The notes under the pieces were generated by a model. It saw only the letters and a list, made by a program, of their open reading frames with translations, was not told where the DNA came from and made no database searches. 56,900 nucleotides of DNA from Phoronis australis. Lineage: Eukaryota; Animalia; Phoronida. The first letter of the stretch is position 1. Each line of letters starts with the position of its first letter. Positions 49,541-56,900 of this stretch are shown here, in pieces. The stretch covers positions 1 to 56,900 of the forward strand of contig NMRA01000654.1 in assembly GCA_002633005.1 (NCBI GenBank). Reading direction: 5' to 3'. The translations under genes were made by a program, and so were the position numbers.

Positions 49541-49646
49541 AGAGTTCAGTAACGTTAGGACCTTGCTAAAAAGGCAAGACTTCGCGAAATCACGTGAGAT
49601 TTTGTCGCGTATTTTTAATGAGAACACTTGATTTTGGCTTGATTTT
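49541..49646. mobile_element. partial family A MITE copy 3
   Basis: GTTCAGTAACGTTAGGACCTTGCTAAAAAGGCAAGACTTCGCGA... aligns to 1512-1612. Confidence 0.7.
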
Positions 49647-51963
49647 CTCACCGCGAGACAGCTATTCAACTATACCCAGATGTCTATTTCACTATCCAAA
49701 AGTGACACGTGACTCAAGTCAGGTGTTTGATCTTACGCTCTACGTAACCATTTAATTTGTGAATAATTAAATCGTACATACACACCACTGATAGTTACTG
49801 CGATAATTTGGATAAATTATTTCATGACTGCGCATCACACTCCTAACTTGGCTATTAGCATTTATTGTTGAGTGGGAGCGTAACACCAAATTCTGTCTGA
49901 AGTTAGTTTTCACGAAACAGACCTTTGATCTTAAAAGGCAGTATATGGTCCAAGTCAAATTTCTTCCACAGTAGCAAGTTTAACCAAGTTTTAAATAAAA
50001 CGAGTGTAGCGGTATGCCACCTAATTCAATGTTCAGTAAGGCGTTATACATGGAAAAACAAAAGCCCACAGAAAACAAAAAGATTCATCAAACGTTTATT
50101 TCTATAAGCGATATTAAGTCACAAAACACAGTGAAAGTGCATGGCCTTCATACGTAAGCCAAAGGTTAAGTTGCAGGAATAATAGGAGAAATTACATCGG
50201 CAAATTCATCAGCAAACCAGTGTGCAGATAGCTCACTACTTCTGTAAGTACATTGACTTGTTCTTTGAAGGACGAACAAATAATATGCAACAAAATGTGC
50301 ATCATTTATCACTTTCTTTAATAATAATAACACCAAAAGTCTTAATGACTACCCAAACAGAACTCAAATCCGAAAAATCAACCATAGCTAATTAACAGAA
50401 CATGGCTTGTCGCTGTCTGACGAAATTCTTCAAGTTATGACAAAATAGCAGCTGAAATTGACGTTTTTCTATTTTCGAAGGCTTATTAAGACGCCGCCAA
50501 ATCGCTCAATAAACAATTTGTTTTAGACTTTTGTTGTGTGATTCAATAATTTTTCATATTTCCGCCAACATTGTGTCCTACTGAACAAGGATACACTGAG
50601 AGAGCGCCCAAAGTGTCATAACTAAAGTACAGTGACCAAACTCCAGTTTAGAAAAGTCCACGCGATCAAGGGGACAGGGACAAAATATAGGACAACCGCT
50701 CACAATGTTTTCGTTTCGCGGGACCAAAATATCCATTAATCTTGGATAATAACATCTTATCAGGTGTAACGCATTATTGGTCTAGTTAACCTATTCCCGG
50801 ATACCCACCGGGTAAAGTTCATTAGAAGTAAACGTGCCCTACATGGTCTAGTCCACGTATAAAGATAACCTTGAAAGGATATAAACAAACAGCTGGAAGA
50901 AGCGTACTGGTGCAAAAGCGCAGACTACCTCAAAATACTTCCATACCTGATTGCAAATTGGCCATTCGAAAAAGTTGTCAGCGAAAATCACAACACCCAC
51001 TAGAGAGAAGTTTGCATTAAAGTTATGCAGGAACTTGCAGACTGGTCTTAGTGTTTAAAACTGTCAGTAGGTTTTAAATCAGTGAAAGTAAAAAAAATTC
51101 TGGAACTAGAAAGCTTGTAAAATTTAATGTTTGGTTGTACATCGATCTACCATTAATTGTCACGTGACCACGTACTTTTAGTAAAATTTAGCAAAAAAGA
51201 AAGATACATGGCAGAACAGAAGTAAGACCAAATTTTGTTTGCTATAAATGGTAAACAATGAAATCTTAAGAACGCTGTCATTTTGTTTGCTATAAATTAT
51301 CAGAAATGAAATCTCAAGAACGCTGTAATTTCGTTTAAAAGGACACCAAACCCGGTTTCGGCCTATTAAGATACATTAAAAACGAATTTCGAATTCAGTT
51401 CTCTGAAACAAAATAATACTCTGTAACCCTCGACAACCCTCAAAAGTTTGAAGAAAAATTTGAAAACTCATTTCAAAGTCTGCTAAAGGGGCAAGCCAAA
51501 CCTACGCTTTTAGTGAATTAGGCAGCAAGTTTTGTAAAAGACCCCCCCCCCACCAGGGACCATAATGTCCAATCTGTGATATAAGGAGTTCCAGTTTTTA
51601 GTTGACTCCTAAACTTAATTTACAAGATTGACGCCAGAGAAGAATAAGGAGTACCAAATGAAATCATCGAAACAGGGTTTAGTATCCTTTTAAATTTTAT
51701 GCAGTTTTTGAGACTTCTCGTGGCCACTTCTATTTTTGATAACGGAACATTTTCAAAACAATTCCTAACAAGCTTTTGAAGAACATTTCATAAAGTTTAG
51801 TATGTGAAAGTTTCATTTGAATCGTGTTAGCAATTATTAAGATAGGATGTTGTGCAATAAGCACAATTTGGATGTTTTTTCTAGGGTCCCACACAACTTT
51901 AAGGTGATGTGTGTACAAATTTCACATATGCCTGGTTGGTTTCTACTATCTTGAGAAGCCCAT

Positions 51964-52204
51964 GGGCCTATTCCAAGAAACTGACTTGAGTTCATTTCTT
52001 ACTTAAATCTAAGATTTGTCTCAACTTCCAAACTTTGAAACTGTCATGTCCCTTAAGTTAGTCCACATTAAAACACAACTTAAGTCAAAAACTTAAGATC
52101 TCTTTCTTGAAAAGGACTTGAGACAAATTCGAGTTTTCAATACACTGAAATTGACTGAAATTTAAGATTTGTCTTCGATTAGTCAGTTTTCTTGGAACAG
52201 ATCC
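51964..52204. mobile_element. ~240-bp MITE
   Basis: Inverted ends GGGCCTATTCCAAGAAACTGACT / AGTCAGTTTTCTTGGAACAGATCC; a related copy lies at 3550-3755. Confidence 0.65.
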
Positions 52205-54427
52205 TTGACCTGTAATATCTCTTGAAGAATTTAACAATCTTACACATTATTGCTATGAAAAGATAACATTTAAACTTTAATAAGAAGAGATACCACTCAA
52301 AATGTCATCAACCTGTAACAAAGACCAGACAAATTCCAACAAATAATCTTAACAACAGTAGTGAAGTGTGAAGGTATAGGACAATGAATGACTACTCAAA
52401 GACACAATACCCCCTAAGGTCACAGACACACACAAAAATCTGATATTGACTGTAATAGCATAACATTACCTTGCATTGCTTTGAATGTGCAAATAAAAAA
52501 CTGCATTGAAAAACGTGAACTCAAACAAGCCTAGTGACTAGGTCACATCGGCTTATACAGGAGTGTGTGTGCATGAGTCTAACAAAATAGGCAGCATTTT
52601 GTGACACATATTTAAAGTTGCATTGGTTAGTGGAATAGATTTAAACCTCATACAGGAGAGGCAAGTACATGTTGCATACAGAATAAAAAATTGCATTGCT
52701 TTTCATGGTAAAAAAGATCACCCTAGACGCGCATATATACACGTAGACATATACACACAGTGAATGTCACCTAGATAAAGGGTCTCTTGCCATTCTGTTT
52801 ATAGTTACACCTAAAATCATTTTGGGAGACGAAAACATTTCATAAATTTGTTGAAAACTTAAAGCAGAAATAAGACCGCTCTTCATGACAAAAAACACTC
52901 CATTCCACCACTTACTGTTAACAAATTGGTCTCAAATTGTTGCTTAGTTACATGTAAATTCAATGTGGTTTCTGTGCGTCCAGATAACTTTCAGCTCTTT
53001 ATTCCTTGAGACCAGGCTCAACAAGTTAGCTTGTAACGGCGTGTCCTTTTAGGTGCTTAACATATAGCCTCAGAGAATAACAGACAGTTAGTTCTTTGAA
53101 AAAACTAGCTGAGATCAATTTTACGTCAGTAAGTGGACCAAAGCAAAAGCTTGCTTCTTGAATGGAACGCGGGTTTAAAGCTACTTTAAAAAAAGTATTA
53201 CACAATGATACTTCGGTTTTACCAGGGGTGCTTCAAATTACTTTCAAGTCTTGGTAAAATTATTTCACAATAATACTTGGGTTTTACTAGGGGTGCTTCC
53301 AACCATTTTCAAGTCTTGGGCATAGGTTAACGAATAGGAAGATAAACTTTGTGCCAGGGATAGGGGGTTCTCCCAAAGTAGGATTTGACATAGTTGCGTC
53401 CCCCAGGCACTCTGTGGCGAATAAATGAACAGTGGCAAGATTCCCTTTGATTGCATTAACAAATTTAAAAGTTGCATTGTTGTTGATCACACTCAAACAT
53501 TAAACATATAACACACAAAAACACGTCATGAAAATATAACAATACTTCAGAACTACCAACATTCAAGTCATTCGCTTGTTCGTGATGGTCTAGCTACTTC
53601 GATTTGTCCCATAAGAACAAATGTCATTAACTGCTAGATATCACTTTTACATCTTTATAAATATATCATTCACAGATTGTCACAAGATACTGGAAAAAAC
53701 CTGTGGTGACAACCACATTAAAATCTTGTATAGACATTTAACAATTGCCAGAAAACTTGACTGGTCACTGGCTAAACCAAAATGACGAATTTGATCATAA
53801 AGTTCAATCCAAAGCCCATCTAACATAAAATCTGCTACTTTCTTGAATATCCAAAGAACTTGTTTTTTTCCAAAAAAAAATGAAAAATGAAATATAACAT
53901 CTTGCATTGAGTCACGGTGTGGTCTGGTAAAAGTAGTCCCACTAGTTTTGTGCAAACCTGGGTTTTGATAAATGACACAAAATAATGAACAGGGCAACAA
54001 ACAATGCTAAACGACTGTAACTGTTTTTCAACTCTGTGCATTGTATCATAAAGAATGTAATTGAAGTCATCAACAATTTAAGTAACAATTATAACCATTT
54101 GTAATTCAGTGAACTGCATATTCAACCCTTGTGAAATAAAAAAAGAACATAAAAAATATCCCAGCCTTTGAGTTTAATCCATAATCAAAAGAATTATGGA
54201 ATAAACAGAAAGATTAAACAATAACGACATATTTAAAAAGATGTCTTAAAAAAACTCAAGAGGCATCGTTGAACACTGACAGCTTCTAAATATTGTTTCC
54301 ACTACTGGTTCTCAAACTCAAGTTTAAGATCTAAATTTAACTAATAGACTGAGACAGTTTCACAACCAATCTTTTCTGTAAGCCCTTGCATTTTTAATTT
54401 TTAAATTCAATGAAAAAGACACTGGAA

Positions 54428-54660
54428 TACAGTAAAATCTCACCAGTTTAGGACACAACATGGCGGAGAAGAGAAATTTTTACTTTTTTCATGAAAGATA
54501 TGTAGCAATAAAATAATGCTTTTACATGTTCAATGCCTGTACACAACACCAGAAAATATTTCTCGAAAATTGTCCACATTCAGGCTAGAAGGCTATGAAA
54601 AATGTGAAAAGGGGTGTTTTTCGTAATTATTTCATCCTAAATTGGAGAGACTTTACAGTA
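54428..54660. mobile_element. Tc1/mariner-pogo-type MITE (TA flanks)
   Basis: TACAGTAAAATCTCACCAGTTTAGGA / TCCTAAATTGGAGAGACTTTACAGTA inverted ends. Confidence 0.7.
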
Positions 54661-54826
54661 TTCTTTAATACTTCGCCATTTACTGGCAGGTAACACTTTC
54701 AAAATCAACTAGCTCCAAAATCTTTTGCTTCTATTCATCCATATTACATGGAGTGAACTATTGTCATGACTGGCAAATTACATGAAACCAAAGTCTGAGA
54801 ACCGTAGTTGTTTATTAATCATCTCC

Positions 54827-55708
54827 TCAACCACGCTTGGTCTTGGATTCTTTTTTCTTGCGTTCGTACTCTAACAAGGCCGGTGGTTTAACACCCCCCG
54901 CTGCCATTCCAGGACACTTCGTGCCAAACAGCCAATCAAAGACATCGAAGAAGGGAGCAAAATTTGTCAACGGCTTCTGATGATGCATGTCGTGTTTAGG
55001 TGATCCTCCATAGAACGGAATCCACTTGTGCCCACCAAATGGCAGGTCGTAACCAATGTGGGCATCTACGCTTACGATTATATTCAACAGCATGAAAACC
55101 CAAGTTGTGAAGCAATGGGCCTTGAAAATCCAGGGCAGAGTTGTCGTCCACATGCCGACCGTGATCAGTTCACACGGGTGTAGATACTGGGTGACCCAAC
55201 AGAACGGGCTGCTGTACTCATGGTGAATGGCGTGAATGTGCCGGTAGAGGAAACGGAAATAGTGATGCAGTCCATGCCAGATGAAGTATTGCAAGTCAAA
55301 GACGGCTAACATGGCAATGTTCTGCCATGTCAACTCCCACAGTCCTGGCGCTTTGTCTGGAATCATAGAATGCGGCACCCACACATATTGCGCAATGGCC
55401 GTTGGTAAGATGTAAATGATGTGATTCCAAAGCGTAAGCGCAATCGCTCGTCGGCAAGCAGCCCATGTTACAGGCTTATCTGGTTGGATCTTCAGTTTCT
55501 GAACCCATTTCCAGTTGTGCCCAAACAAGTCCATGATCATGAACGGTGTAATGAGGGAAAAGTAAAACGAGACGCTAAGAACGATTGGAAAGAGTGGTGA
55601 ACTCAAATACCCCTTTCTTCCACCGCCCAGGATTAAATTCCACAAGGGCTGCAAGACGCTCTCTTCCGGAAAAAAGTCATACATATTGATTTCTTTCAAT
55701 GCATCCAT
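54827..55708 (-). CDS. CH25H: cholesterol 25-hydroxylase-like protein (fatty acid hydroxylase/sterol desaturase family)
   Basis: 293 aa from the ATG at 55708, just after an acceptor ggcttcAG| at 55718 (an upstream coding exon cannot be excluded); LQPLW and SPLFP N-terminal motifs; His boxes WHGLHH, HAIHHEY, DAHIGYD, HDMHH; NFAPFF...DWLFGT. Confidence 0.9.
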   Translation of the reverse strand: MDALKEINMYDFFPEESVLQPLWNLILGGGRKGYLSSPLFPIVLSVSFYFSLITPFMIMDLFGHNWKWVQKLKIQPDKPVTWAACRRAIALTLWNHIIYILPTAIAQYVWVPHSMIPDKAPGLWELTWQNIAMLAVFDLQYFIWHGLHHYFRFLYRHIHAIHHEYSSPFCWVTQYLHPCELITVGMWTTTLPWIFKAHCFTTWVFMLLNIIVSVDAHIGYDLPFGGHKWIPFYGGSPKHDMHHQKPLTNFAPFFDVFDWLFGTKCPGMAAGGVKPPALLEYERKKKESKTKRG

Positions 55709-56900
55709 ACTTAAGACCCTGAAGCCGAATGGTCGAAACCTAAAACCCAAACAAACTTCCTCGTTCTCCACCCACCTGTGTGTCGCTTCACCAGTGTAAC
55801 AGCGACGCAAGTGTTATCGACTGGGCCGGTGTCCTTGTCGTCTGCACTCCCAGCATACAATTTCACGCTCTTTTTCTACTTATGAAGGCTTTAGGAATAC
55901 GTAAAACCTATTTCAACATATATCATCCCAGTTAGATAAGAGAATATTATTTATTATTTATTTTTTTGCTTTGCCTAGATTAATTTTTGCAGCGAGATTT
56001 CACGAGATGTGTCATGGCGGACGTCAACAGTTTTGGAATAGAAAATATTCTTCAGTGTACTGAAAACTATTGTCGGAACGTAGCACAAATTAGTGCTATC
56101 GGCTTCGAAACTATGAGTTTCATAGTTATTTTCAAATAACAGCAATTTCGTAAGATCAACCACCACCATGCCAGACGCCGATAAATCTCGAAAAGTTTAC
56201 AGGTAACACGTCTGATTCTGAGTGAAACTCTGGTCTGAACTAAGTAAGAACATGCCGGTTTGAGCAGTATCTGGCCAGTAGAGACGTTAGCAGGTCCTGT
56301 AGGAGCTTCATACGCCGGAAGCTTGTTAGCAAATTATGCCACACACCATTTAAATTATCATAGTCATGTTGTTATAAATACCGTTGTATTAGGGACGTGA
56401 CAAAAAAATTCAAATTCTTATTTAATGTTTAAAAATGGATTGATTTAAAAAAACACCAAAAACAGATGCAAACAAAAAAAAAATTAACAAAATCCGTTGA
56501 GCCGTTGACTTTTTATGAACGTTTAAAGAGCAATAATTAGCCCTTTTTTTTAGTCCACTGAATACATGGGAATGAAGGCGCATTGATGTGACCCAAAATT
56601 AGTTTTTTCACAATAACTTCCTCAATACTTTTAATAACAACATGAAAATTTCAGGATATGACAATCCTAGCATTTACTTGGTGAGAGACATTTTTAAGAC
56701 AACAAAAAATTCCAAATTCCAAAATGGCGGACAATATGGCCACCATTATGACTGCAAAAACGTCTTATTGTTTTACGTTAATGAACTATATGGTGTAATA
56801 TACCATTAACGAACTATATGGTGTAATATACCAAATGATAGGTCTTTTCATTGCTTTTTTGAAGAGAATGATGAAAAACATGTTCAGGCAATATTTTCGA

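Noticed and set aside
55709-55810. N-terminal extension of the CH25H-like ORF in the ORF track
   Set aside because: Starts at a non-ATG codon and lies mostly upstream of a splice acceptor at 55718; likely intronic.
56025-56060. second hammerhead-like motif on the minus strand (CTGAAGA...AAAACTGTTG)
   Set aside because: Stem II overlaps the core and the GAAA box is missing.
56780-56835. 28-bp direct duplication, and similar two-copy repeats at ~28830-28900 and ~53205-53320
   Set aside because: Ordinary local slippage duplications with no further structure.

Overview
Animal genomic DNA (AT-rich, spliceosomal introns; proteins look like those of a bilaterian invertebrate, taxon not determinable). 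Four convincing protein-coding genes: a single-coding-exon ZIP1/2/3-type zinc transporter (+, 12516-13694); a 3-coding-exon FEM1A/C-type ankyrin protein (-, 27952-23872, 621 aa); a head-to-head 7-coding-exon C1orf43/NICE-3 homolog (+, 33355-43617, 354 aa; largely missed by the ORF track and reconstructed here by hand); and a CH25H-like sterol hydroxylase (-, 55708-54827). There is also a probable exon of a trypsin-like/FAM111-like peptidase gene running off the left edge. The rest is dense in mobile DNA: two LINE fragments, several MITE families, three copies of a Helentron/HINE-like element, a Penelope-type minimal hammerhead in a TSD-flanked insert, a TIR element with a tRNA-like core, and minisatellites. 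The HINE internal repeats carry a phased array of CTCF-like motifs, the most unusual structure seen. Three apparent tandem duplications abut single-N joins and are probably uncollapsed haplotypes; two of them expose heterozygous insertions. No prokaryotic-type system (CRISPR etc.) is present.
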